Positions 49,082 through 58,776 of a stretch of DNA of 64,000 nucleotides are shown here, piece by piece. Made by a program: the position numbers and the translations under genes. The notes beneath the pieces are model-generated. The model saw nothing but the letters and a program-made list of their open reading frames with translations. It did no database searches and was not told where the DNA came from. Source of the DNA: Spirochaetia bacterium (GTDB taxonomy: Bacteria > Spirochaetota > Spirochaetia > CAKZLE01); NCBI GenBank assembly GCA_963677595.1, contig OY782041.1, positions 3,168,001 to 3,232,000 on the forward strand, given 5' to 3'. Position 1 is the first letter of the stretch. Every line of letters begins with the position of its first letter.

Positions 49082-51169
49082 GTCCTGTGGTACGAAAAGG
49101 GGGTGGGAACTATAGTTAACCAGATGCTCGCGAACCTGACGGCAAGCGGGTATGATGTGGATGATGTCATTGACGGTATCCTGGATGCCTTGGGAGACTC
49201 CCTTGATAACGTGACGGGTAACCTAGCTGGGTTGAGTGATGAGACACGGTTCGTTATCTCTGAGAACACACTCGTTCACTCAACGATCTATTCAATTGAT
49301 GGACCGCCAGTAGTCCCCCTCGAATACTTCACCAGTGCTGAAACCAAAGCGATAGCAGCGATGCTGTATCAGCTTCAGAGTTATGCCTACCTTGTTAAGG
49401 CCGTGGATATGGGGTTCGATTACAATGAGATCCTCTGGGCGATTGACTATTATATCTCGACCGGTGAGGTTGATATCCCTGATGATTACTCCCCTTTTGC
49501 CAACGGTTTCCTGGGTATAGACAATGAGGATGTGGCAGAAGCCGTGGCAGATGCGGAAGCATCATTCCTGAAATCACTCAGCTTGATGCACGAGGCGATG
49601 ACCACGATTGCGGCTCGTGAAGCGGAAGGGACGGAAGATGCCCTGCTAATTTCTCCGGATAATTTTGACCCCTATACTTGGGGGGAAATCTCGGATTACC
49701 TGCTGTTTGCCGACCATGTTGTTGGTGAGATCGAGAACTCAGTCCTCAATGATGTACAGGCGATCATACCATTGGATTGGATCGAGAATCCATCAGCAAT
49801 CTCTGGTTATGTAGCAGCAGACTTTGCGAACTGGCCGACTGAGGTCTCCATGATTCTCGAGGATTATGATGACTACTGGTATGCATTGCCCGATGGCTGT
49901 GCATCATTCGGCATTAACTTCAGCAGAATCTTCGACCCGACCACATCACTGCTCAGTATCCTGCTTGAGCTTGATGCATCAGGTGATATCCAGCTCTATA
50001 CCTTCGATGAGAGCGGGAACCCCGTAGCAGCAGTGAAAGGTGTGGATGCGTTCGATCCTTCAGCTTACTATTATTTCCGGATCCCTGATGTGACCCTGAA
50101 TGGGCTGCTCTCACTGGATGATCTACCGATGACACTGGAACAGCTGAATACCCTCGTTGAATATGATGGACCCGGAGTTGAAGAACCCGTATTCTTCATG
50201 GTAGAGAATGCAGACGGAACAGTCTCATGGTACTGGTCCATGAATTACCTCTGTGCCGGATTGGCTGCAGGTTACAGTTCCTATGGTGTATATCAGTACC
50301 CGCTTGCCTATCACATCCTGACTGATGCAGAAACCTATACTGCAGATATCCCAGTCCGGATGTCATATGGACTGGTTTCAGACAAAGACTTCCCAGGATA
50401 TAAAAATGTCTACTTTGACAATACGATGGACCTGACAAGTACCGGTTCCTTCTGGAGCACATTACCTGAGTTTGGCCGCTGGGTCAACAAAGACCCATCA
50501 GAGCAGTACAACGATATGAGCATGTATAAGATGACAGCTGAGAACCCGTTTCAGCTTCCCATGGACTCTTATTTCGATCTCGGAGCTTGGGACTCTGTAT
50601 ACCCGGATAGTGGTGATATTTACTTTGAATATACTGCTGATAAGGATGGAGTAGTGACTCTATATAATCAATCGTATTATAGCGTTGAGTTTTGGAAGGA
50701 TGGTGAAGCTCTTACTGATCTGACAAGCATCAGTGTAATGACAGGGGATGTAATAACGGGGTACAGTAATGCTTATAATATGAATTTGTCTTGTATCTAT
50801 GATGATGGTCTCGGTGATATCAGCAGCATGGGAAGCGCCTATGCACTTGCTGAGAATACGACAGTACAAGGGCGAATTCATTATGGTCTGCCAGCTGATT
50901 ATTTCGTGATCAATCCTACGACTGATAGAGTACGAATCCAACTGGATTCACCCGATGTACCTTCATCGATACAGATACCTGGCATATATACCCTGTATCA
51001 TAATTTTAATGCTTATAATCAGTATGGGAACCAGATCTACTACACATACCGTGAGAATGATTTCGAGATTGATGTTAGTGGTTTGACCTATCTTGTTCTT
51101 GGAAGTTTTAAAGGTCTTGACTACATCATCAGCTGGGAGGATGTTGGGGATCCTCTGCCTATAGGAGGA

Positions 51170-52234
51170 GTTGGGACATTTTTGAAACGAACAATTGCGG
51201 ATGATCTAGCTTTTGCTAGTTCAGCATATCCTGCAGATATGGATGGAGATGGAGATATGGATGTTTTTGGGTCAACTGACGCATATAATATCCTTAATTG
51301 GTGGGAGAATGATGGGAATGGATATTTCTCCGAGAATCCGGTAGAAAGTGAGTCCTATGGTGCTTTTGTTACGATTGCTATAGATATGGATGATGATGGA
51401 GATTTGGATATTCTTGGAGCTTCGGCTCAAAATGGTGCTATCCTCTGGTGGGAGAATGATGGTAGTGAAAATTTCACCAGGCATATCATAGATAGTACAT
51501 TCTCTGGTGGTTTCTCAGTCTATGCCACTGATATGGATAAAGACGGGGATGTAGATGTCCTTGGTACATCTGTATTGGATGGGGTAATAGCCTGGTGGGA
51601 GAATGATGGATATGAGAATTTCACTACTAAACATACAATCGATAGCACGTTAGCCGGTGCTTGCTCGGTCTATACCGCAGATATGGATGGTGACGGGGAC
51701 GTCGATGTTCTTGGTGCAGGTATTGATAGTGACACTGTAGCCTGGTGGGAGAATGATGGATATGAGAATTTCATCGTGCATATCCTGAATGATGAGTTCA
51801 ATGGCGCTTGTTCAGTCTTTGCTGAAGATCTGGATAGGGATGGTGACATTGACATTATTGGAGCAGGGTATGCGAGTGATACAGTAGCATGGTGGGAGAA
51901 TAACGGTAGTGGGTACTTCAACATGCATATCATAGACAATGTATTCGATTGTGTTTTCTCAGTCATCGCTACGGATATGGATGGGGACGGTGACATTGAT
52001 CTCCTTGGTTCTGCAATCGATCCCTATGGAGAGACAATCGTAACCGATACCATAGTCTGGTGGGAGAATGACGGGTCTGAAAACTTCTCAAAACATGTGA
52101 TTGACAGTACGTTGGATGGAGTTCTATTCGTTCATGCTGCTGACATGGATGGCGACGGTGATAACGATGTTATAGGATCGGCTGTGTATAATGATGCAAT
52201 CGTCTGGTGGGAAAATGACTATATCAGTTACTAA
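51170..52234 (+). repeat. Seven FG-GAP/VCBS repeats (7-bladed beta-propeller) at the C-terminus of paralog 3
   Basis: Seven D(M/L)DxDGDxDhhG and seven WWEN(D/N) motifs at ~49-aa spacing. Confidence 0.9.
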
Positions 52235-52278
52235 TCGAGTCAGTGAGAAGGTTGGTTGATGATCACACTATGATCAAT

Positions 52279-52305
52279 AAGCCGGGTACTCCAGTACCCG
52301 GCTTT
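52279..52305 (+). terminator. Repeated intergenic hairpin (copy 2)
   Basis: AAGCCGGGTAC-TCCA-GTACCCGGCTTT. Confidence 0.7.
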
Positions 52306-52343
52306 ACCCGTTCAATATGCAAAAGTACGTAAGGAAGTGAAGT

Positions 52344-52905
52344 ATGAAGCGATCAGCACTCATCGTTGTAAGTATCCTGGTATTGGTTCTCAGCCTTGGC
52401 TGTGACCTTGGTCTTAACAACAACCAGGAGGAGACCGGGACCTTAAGTATCGGGCTTGCAAGCCCGAGATCGGTCGATTCCGACTTGGACCGGGAGATCG
52501 CTTCATATGACATCACCCTGACCCATACAGTGTCAGGTACAGTGGTAGCCCCTGACCCCTTCCTGAAAGGGGATCCCATCTACTTCCCAGACCTGATCAT
52601 CGGGGAGTGGACTGTATCTGTGGATGCCCTCAATGCAGACGGGACGATCGTGGCGGACGGCAGTGCCAAGACGAACATCGTACCGAAGAGCGAGAGCACT
52701 TCCGTCTAAAGATGAGATGGCTCTCTTATGGGAAAAGTCAGGAGGTTTAGATGCTATTCCAATAGCTTTAACACCAGGATCATATTGGACTTCATCAGAA
52801 TCAGATTTGAATAATGCCTGGATGGTGAATACCTATTCGGGAATGCAAGTACAAATTGGAAAGTATAACTGCTATTCCAATATTCGTCCAATAAGGATGT
52901 TCTGA
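52344..52905 (+). pseudogene. Paralog 4 remnant: N-terminal ~118 codons joined out of frame to a DUF1566/CLec-like C-terminal fragment
   Basis: Paralog identity ends at 52697; from 52699 the +1 frame reads LPSKDEM..GSYWTSSE..AW.V..G..K..IRPIRMF*. Confidence 0.82.
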
Positions 52906-52981
52906 TTTATAATAAGCAACAAGGCTTATTTCCATGAAAGACTGAATGGTGATGAGATATTGAAATAACTGGATTGTATAT

Positions 52982-53010
52982 TTGATTACACAGCATCTAA
53001 CAGGTATAAT
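52982..53010 (+). promoter_or_regulatory. Sigma70 promoter of the LolA-like/MMPL/barrel operon
   Basis: TTGATT(52982)-17 bp-TATAAT(53005). Confidence 0.65.
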
Positions 53011-53058
53011 GACTAGTATGCTAAGTAATGTATCAAGTGAACTCAGGAAACATACTAT

Positions 53059-53781
53059 ATGAATATAAGAAAGACAGTCCTGATCTGCATCTCCCTCTTC
53101 CTCCCATTGATACCTGTATTCAGTATAGATGCCAGGGCCATCCTCGAGGAGGCTTCCCTCCTCGGGAATGTTCCCTGTGCCGAGTACTCGGTCGGCATGG
53201 AGATCGAGCAGGAGAAGGGGAGCAAGACCCGACAGCTTGAGATCTACCGGGATGAGAGCGGTGGCGCAGAGAAATTCCTTGTCCAGATCGTACAGCCGGC
53301 ATTCCTGAAGAACATGAAGCTGTTATCGATCACTCAGGCTGGTGACCAGATGCGGTGGCTGAAGACCTCGAGGGGAGTGAAGCGGCTGTCTGCCTCATCA
53401 CGTGATGACCAGCCGCTCTTCGACTCCGATTTCTCTACCTCAGACCTCCTGATGATAGATCTTGATGCATATGATCTGGAGATCACCCATGAGGCAGGAT
53501 CTGCAGTAATGATCAGGGTATCTGCCAAGACCGGTCAGGATGACCGCACCATCACCGTCGATACAGCTAAGGGCCTGGTCATACAGGTCGATTACCTCGA
53601 TGCAGGGAAGGTGTACAAGCAGTATACCGTGCTAGAGACCCAGGAAGTCGACAATGCAGTCCTGCCTTCAGTCTGCAGCATGGTTCAACTGGAGGAGGGG
53701 ACACAGACAGTACTGACGTTCGATTCAGTCGAGCTGAAAGACTCGATCCCGTCCCGCTACTTCAACAGCAGCCAGCTGTGA
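53059..53781 (+). CDS. Outer-membrane lipoprotein-sorting (LolA-like) protein
   Basis: Signal peptide; P.FLKNMKLL, VKRLSASSR..LFDSDFSTSDL, I.VDY.D.GK.YK, T.L.F..V..D.IP..YF as in LolA-like proteins. Confidence 0.82.
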   Translation: MNIRKTVLICISLFLPLIPVFSIDARAILEEASLLGNVPCAEYSVGMEIEQEKGSKTRQLEIYRDESGGAEKFLVQIVQPAFLKNMKLLSITQAGDQMRWLKTSRGVKRLSASSRDDQPLFDSDFSTSDLLMIDLDAYDLEITHEAGSAVMIRVSAKTGQDDRTITVDTAKGLVIQVDYLDAGKVYKQYTVLETQEVDNAVLPSVCSMVQLEEGTQTVLTFDSVELKDSIPSRYFNSSQL

Positions 53782-53788
53782 GCTGTGT

Positions 53789-56020
53789 ATGAAGAGCCGT
53801 ACTATCTTAAGTGCAGTATATTACCTCATCCTGATCCTTGCTGTCCTCTGGTCCCTGGCATCCCTTGATGAGATCACGATAGAGGGGAACATCCTCAGCT
53901 CACTGCTGCCGGCAGACAACTCCTATCAACAGATGGAACTTGAGCATGAGGATCTTTTCACAACCACGAATGCAGTAATCCTGTTCGTATCACCGATAGA
54001 CGGAAATGAATTGGTTTGGGATGATGCCTTCCTGAGAGAGCTCGAGTCGGTGAGGCAGGAGCTGCTGGATTCAGAATTCTTCAGGCAGGCAGTCACCGTG
54101 ACGAACCTGACCACGCTTCCCGAAGGTGATACGATTGAGGCCGTCCCCCTGGTGGACCTTACTGACCAGAAGAGTATAGAACAGGCAGGGAACATCTGCC
54201 AGGATGTGGACATCCTGCGGCAGATGTTCCTCTCCTATGACACACAGGCACTCATGATCTATGCCGTCCCGGCAGACGATGCTGATCGGCAGCAGCTGGG
54301 GCTCTTCCTTGATGGGATGAAGAGAGATAGAGAACGTGAGGGCACCTTCATCGCCCTGATGGGCGGACCGTACCAGAAGCATATGGTGCAGGAGATGATC
54401 ATCAGCCAGCTGAAGGTCATATCCCCTATCTCCATGCTGCTTATCATGCTCTTCTTCCTCGGGATCAGCCATGATTTCAGGACGACCGTGCTGCTCACGT
54501 TCTTCAGCGGGATACCGACACTCCTGATCTTCGGATTCTATGCCTTGATGGGGTACACCATGGACACGCTTGGAATCCTGCTCCCGGTCGTGCTCTTCTC
54601 CCTGACTACGGCCTATAGCATCCACCTCTACAAAGGCTACTCCTCGCATCCTGAGTCCGTGCATGCGGTGGTCCAGGATCTGCGACTCATCATCATCTTC
54701 GCCGCGTCGACCACCATGCTCGGCTATGTGAACCTGGTATTCCTACCGAACGAGTCCTACCGCCATCTGGGAACAGGCCTGGTGATTGGTATCATACTCT
54801 CCGTCCTTCTGGTCTTTACCGTGATGCCGCAGCTCTTCAGGTTCATTCCCCTGCCGAAGCGTGTCGGCTGGGAAGTCCGGCTGCGGACCATGGGATTCTC
54901 GGGCAGCCGGAAGCCGGTGATGCTCCTTTCGGGCTTGTTCCTCCTTATACTCATCGGGCTGGTCTGGCTTATCGGACCATTCAACTATGCCCAGGCATAC
55001 AATGGGGAGTTCAAGAGCTACAGCCGGGTAGAGCAGATGTTGCAGGATATCGAACTCCACTCGAGGAGGCCGATCACCTTGAACGTCTACATCGATGCCG
55101 AAGATGAATACGGCCTGATAGACCCAGAGGTGTTCTTCGGTATCGACAGCCTGGCAGAGAAGCTGAAAGCCCATGATGCGGTCATCTCGCTCATCTCCTA
55201 TACCGATCTCACTGAGTATGGGAACGGCTTGCTCTACGGGGTGCAGGAGGATGTACCCCCTGGGAGCATCGAGGAGATAGGGGAGACCCTGGAACTCCTG
55301 GCTTCCCAGGAGGTTGCGGTCCCGTTGTCGATGCTGATCACCCCAGACTACCGGCAGACCGTCCTGCAGCTGACCTTCTCGGTGGATGGGGTGGACCGAA
55401 ACGATGAGGTCCCCCTCTACCGGGAGCTCGAGGGGATGGTAGAGTCTGCCCTCGCTCCCTTTGATTCTGTTACCAGCTTCATCGCGGGAGACCCGGTCCG
55501 AAACCATGAGATCGTGAAGGAGATCACTCATATCCTCCTGCGGTCAGTGGCCCTGTTCATCATCATCGTCCTCGCCTTCGGGAGCCTCTCGTTCAGGTCG
55601 TTCAGGAAAGGGCTGCTGCTCCTCTTCCCGACCTTTGTGGGTATGGCAGTCTTCGCGGGGATGACCGGCTGGCTGCATAAGAACGTGGATATCAACCTGC
55701 TGTTCTCTTTCTATACGTTCCTCGGGATCAGTATCGATGACACCTCGTATCTCCTATTCTCCAGCAGCAGCCCGGAATACACCGGGAAGGGCTTGAATAC
55801 GCTCGTGAAGCGCCAGGACAGGCTCTTCCAGAGTACGGGGGTGAGCATCATGGAGACGACCTCCATGCTGGTCCTGGGGCTCTCCCCGCTCCTGTTCGTC
55901 TGCCTCGATGATATCTCAAGGGCTATAGCCATCGCCATCATAAGCTACGGGTTCTCCACGATCACGACGCTCTTCATCGTGCCGCGATTTCCCGTGATCT
56001 TTGGGAGGAATACCCTATGA
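53789..56020 (+). CDS. MMPL/RND-family transporter
   Basis: Duplicated (TM, large periplasmic loop, 5 TM) architecture; TTAYSIH, AASTTMLGY, GISIDD. Confidence 0.85.
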   Translation: MKSRTILSAVYYLILILAVLWSLASLDEITIEGNILSSLLPADNSYQQMELEHEDLFTTTNAVILFVSPIDGNELVWDDAFLRELESVRQELLDSEFFRQAVTVTNLTTLPEGDTIEAVPLVDLTDQKSIEQAGNICQDVDILRQMFLSYDTQALMIYAVPADDADRQQLGLFLDGMKRDREREGTFIALMGGPYQKHMVQEMIISQLKVISPISMLLIMLFFLGISHDFRTTVLLTFFSGIPTLLIFGFYALMGYTMDTLGILLPVVLFSLTTAYSIHLYKGYSSHPESVHAVVQDLRLIIIFAASTTMLGYVNLVFLPNESYRHLGTGLVIGIILSVLLVFTVMPQLFRFIPLPKRVGWEVRLRTMGFSGSRKPVMLLSGLFLLILIGLVWLIGPFNYAQAYNGEFKSYSRVEQMLQDIELHSRRPITLNVYIDAEDEYGLIDPEVFFGIDSLAEKLKAHDAVISLISYTDLTEYGNGLLYGVQEDVPPGSIEEIGETLELLASQEVAVPLSMLITPDYRQTVLQLTFSVDGVDRNDEVPLYRELEGMVESALAPFDSVTSFIAGDPVRNHEIVKEITHILLRSVALFIIIVLAFGSLSFRSFRKGLLLLFPTFVGMAVFAGMTGWLHKNVDINLLFSFYTFLGISIDDTSYLLFSSSSPEYTGKGLNTLVKRQDRLFQSTGVSIMETTSMLVLGLSPLLFVCLDDISRAIAIAIISYGFSTITTLFIVPRFPVIFGRNTL

Positions 56021-57339
56021 CACTGAAACGATCCCTCATCATCCTGCTATTCAGCTCGTTAGTACTCTCTCCCGTTTTCGCGGAGACCTATTTCGGCGGG
56101 GAGGAGGGTGCATCCCTGCAGTTCAGGACCGACTCTGAAACAGGACTGCATACCGATCTCAGGGATGACCTCCATCTCTACGTGAGCTCGTACCAGGATG
56201 CGTTCTCCCTCTACGGGGATCTTTCTCTCTCCTCTACACTTGGAAGTGACACGGCACCGGAGGTATCATTCGGGATTGTTGAGCTGTACGGGGAGTTCTA
56301 TCTCTCGGATGACCTCATCCTCAAAGTCGGTTCGTTCATCGATAGAGCAGGCCATGCGAACCTGCTCTCCCCGCTGAACCTGTTCCATGCGACCGATTAC
56401 GAGCGTCTCTTCATGGGAGATCTCGAGCACCTGCTGAGGCCTGACCACCTGGTCAAGCTCTCCTGGTTCTCCGATTACCTGAGTATAGACTGCATCGTTG
56501 CCCCGCTCATCACCCCGCCGGTCCAGCTCTCCGCAGACTCCAGCTGGTTCCCGGTCAGCCAGTTCCCACTTTCGATAGAGAAAGCCAACGGCGATATCAA
56601 GGTCTTGGGGGACATAACCTATAATGAACCTGAGTTCATACAGGATTCATTGGATGATATGTCCTTCCAGCTGCGGATTTCGGGCAGCACGATGGCCCTC
56701 GACTGGTCAGTACTTGGCTTCTACGGCTATGACCGTGATATGACACATCAGGTCGTGATCACGAACTTCGCCGATTCCACTGATGTTTATAATATCACAT
56801 TGGAACCGGTAGAGAGCAAGAAGGCAGTGATCGGGACGACTTTCTCCACCTCCCTTGGGGAGATGGTCCTGCACGGGGACGCCTCCTATACGTTCGGGAA
56901 GGTCTTCGGTACTGAATGGCTCCACCTCTCAGGGTCCATCTTCACCCCTGATGCACAGCAGGTCATGGAAGAGGCACAGGCTTTGAACTACTCGGTCGGG
57001 GCAGACCTGGACTTCGGAGGGCTGAATACCTTAGTCTCCTTTGAGGTGATTGGGATGTCTGCCTTCAGCGAGGAAGAGGTGACCCTACCGCTTTTCTCCC
57101 GGTTGTTCAGTGTTGTGACCAACACCGTGAATAGCGATTATACCCTTTCCCTGAACACCGTGACTCTCTTCTCGATGGAGGATGAGAGCGGGGTGTTCTA
57201 TCCTTCCCTGATGTGGGACCCGACAGCTGAAGTATCCCTGACGTTGAGCCTCCCGCTCTTCTTCGGGGATCTCAGGTCAGAGTTCGGGCAGTACAGTGAG
57301 GGGTATCACACGATGGTCAAGGGATTGGTGCGATTCTAG
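56017..57339 (+). CDS. Putative outer-membrane beta-barrel protein (DUF1302-like)
   Basis: Signal peptide ending VFA; alternating beta-strands, ELYGEFY..LKVG, SPLNLF, SEFGQY and terminal Phe (GLVRF); ATGA overlap with the MMPL gene. Confidence 0.72.
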   Translation: MTLKRSLIILLFSSLVLSPVFAETYFGGEEGASLQFRTDSETGLHTDLRDDLHLYVSSYQDAFSLYGDLSLSSTLGSDTAPEVSFGIVELYGEFYLSDDLILKVGSFIDRAGHANLLSPLNLFHATDYERLFMGDLEHLLRPDHLVKLSWFSDYLSIDCIVAPLITPPVQLSADSSWFPVSQFPLSIEKANGDIKVLGDITYNEPEFIQDSLDDMSFQLRISGSTMALDWSVLGFYGYDRDMTHQVVITNFADSTDVYNITLEPVESKKAVIGTTFSTSLGEMVLHGDASYTFGKVFGTEWLHLSGSIFTPDAQQVMEEAQALNYSVGADLDFGGLNTLVSFEVIGMSAFSEEEVTLPLFSRLFSVVTNTVNSDYTLSLNTVTLFSMEDESGVFYPSLMWDPTAEVSLTLSLPLFFGDLRSEFGQYSEGYHTMVKGLVRF

Positions 57340-57673
57340 GGGGCTGACTGGCAACCTGGAAATGCACAGCCTGAAGACCAGCTGACTTGGTTCCCCTATG
57401 ATTGTGTACGTTCTCTACTTGCAGGAATATGCTTAGTAGCCTGTAAGATATATAGTAATCACTAAATATACGTTTAATAACATATAAATAAAATAGTATA
57501 CACTCAATAAAATACATGAATCCACTGAGAAAAAACTGGAAAATATGTAGCATAGCATATAAAATGAGAGTAGATGATTGTGATGCTATCTAAATTGAGT
57601 TGACACACGACTACAATCTGATAATCACAACATAACAATGAACACATTAAAACAAAGTCGAGGAGAGAAAGTC

Positions 57674-58726
57674 ATGAAACGAGTCGTACTGTTAGTCAGT
57701 CTATTGTTGTCGATGCTCATCATCCTGTCCGGATGTAACACCCTGTTCGGTACCGAGGAGATCCAGCAGCTGAAAGCCGATATAGAAGCACAGAATGTAG
57801 CTTCTGAGGAACTTCTGCAGCAGATCGAGACACAGAATCTGACATCCCAGGATCTTCTCCAGGAAATAGAGGCTAAGAAGGCAGAACTCTCAGAGAAGGT
57901 AGTTGAGCTGGAGTCTACGAAGAAGACCGTCTCCGACCTACTGCAGGATATCATAGATGCACAGGGAGCGGCAGAGAAGGAGATGGCAGATACCACCTCA
58001 CTGTTCACTTCAAAGGTTATGGAGCGTATAGCTGCTCTCAAAGGCGAGTATGATGTGTTCATTACCTCCGCCGATGCCAAACTGATGGCTATGGAAGGCA
58101 TCCAGGATGAGGTTCAGCAGCAGGAAGCCCTGGCGATCAGCACCATCGTTGCAACTGCGGAAGAGAGTGAGAACCGGGTCATAGACCAGACAGAGATCGC
58201 TGTCTCAACTATCTATGCCCTGAACGAAGAAGTAGAGCAGCGGATCAGTGACCAGGCATCCCTTTCGGCAACAGCCATGAGGGGGATCGAGAATGAGTGT
58301 GTTACGGAGGTGACCAACACTTCAGATATAGCTACACAGACACTGCTTGCAGTTGCAAAGAGCTATAATGAAGACGCCACGAAGATGTACGATGAGCTAA
58401 CTGCAGATGCGAATGAGATGTACAAAGACTTCGTCGATCGTAAGGAGTTAGCCCTCATCGCGATGAACAATGAATACGAGACGCTACTCGAAGAACTTGA
58501 CACGGTTAAGGATGAACTTATGTCATTCGTAGCAAATAGGAAGGATATCGTGGATACCACCATCCTTGGGGCGACCGAATCCCTTGAGGACCAGCTCCTG
58601 TCAGCTACCAGGTCACTGGAGCAGCAGATGTCAATGTTGAACTCACGGGTCGAGAGTGTCAATGAAGAATATCAGCAGCTTAAGTCGGCTATGCATGTGT
58701 TCGTAGCGAATGACTCCTCGTTCTAG
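57674..58726 (+). CDS. All-helical coiled-coil lipoprotein with 14- and 22-residue repeats
   Basis: SD AGGAG; lipobox LSGC; E/Q/A/L-rich with no Pro or Trp. Confidence 0.78.
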   Translation: MKRVVLLVSLLLSMLIILSGCNTLFGTEEIQQLKADIEAQNVASEELLQQIETQNLTSQDLLQEIEAKKAELSEKVVELESTKKTVSDLLQDIIDAQGAAEKEMADTTSLFTSKVMERIAALKGEYDVFITSADAKLMAMEGIQDEVQQQEALAISTIVATAEESENRVIDQTEIAVSTIYALNEEVEQRISDQASLSATAMRGIENECVTEVTNTSDIATQTLLAVAKSYNEDATKMYDELTADANEMYKDFVDRKELALIAMNNEYETLLEELDTVKDELMSFVANRKDIVDTTILGATESLEDQLLSATRSLEQQMSMLNSRVESVNEEYQQLKSAMHVFVANDSSF

Positions 58727-58735
58727 ATACAATTT

Positions 58736-58763
58736 GGATCGGGAGGGGTGACCCTCCCGATCC
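58736..58763 (+). terminator. Hairpin after the coiled-coil lipoprotein
   Basis: 12-bp stem GGATCGGGAGGG-GTGA-CCCTCCCGATCC; weak U-tract. Confidence 0.55.
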
Positions 58764-58776
58764 CTTGTAACCCTAT

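Larger units (their letters stand above)
47324..49115 (+). mobile_element. IS1634-family insertion sequence, 1792 bp, 30-bp IRs, 5-bp TSD TTAAC
   Basis: Left IR CTATAGTTCCCACTCCATTTTCGTACCACA versus reverse-complemented right IR CTATAGTTCCCACCCCCTTTTCGTACCACA (2 mismatches); TTAAC at 47319-47323 and 49116-49120. Confidence 0.93.
45926..52234 (+). pseudogene. Large lipoprotein, paralog 3 (~1503 aa reconstructed) with C-terminal FG-GAP propeller, interrupted by IS1634
   Basis: Removing 47324-49120 restores the frame ...ETYIN-QMLANL..., matching ESYLLQMLANL of paralog 1; lipobox SLGC. Confidence 0.9.

Noticed and set aside
51170-52234. DNA tandem repeat or CRISPR-like periodicity (TGGTGGGAGAATGA recurring)
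   Set aside because: Explained by in-frame WWEND codons of the FG-GAP protein repeats.
49103-52234. Independent 1043-aa gene
   Set aside because: Its start lies inside the IS right IR and it lacks a signal peptide; it is the 3' part of interrupted paralog 3.
42267-52305. Integron attC sites between the lipoprotein cassettes
   Set aside because: The hairpins are short perfect stems lacking RYYYAAC/GTTRRRY ends and extrahelical bases; no integrase in the window.
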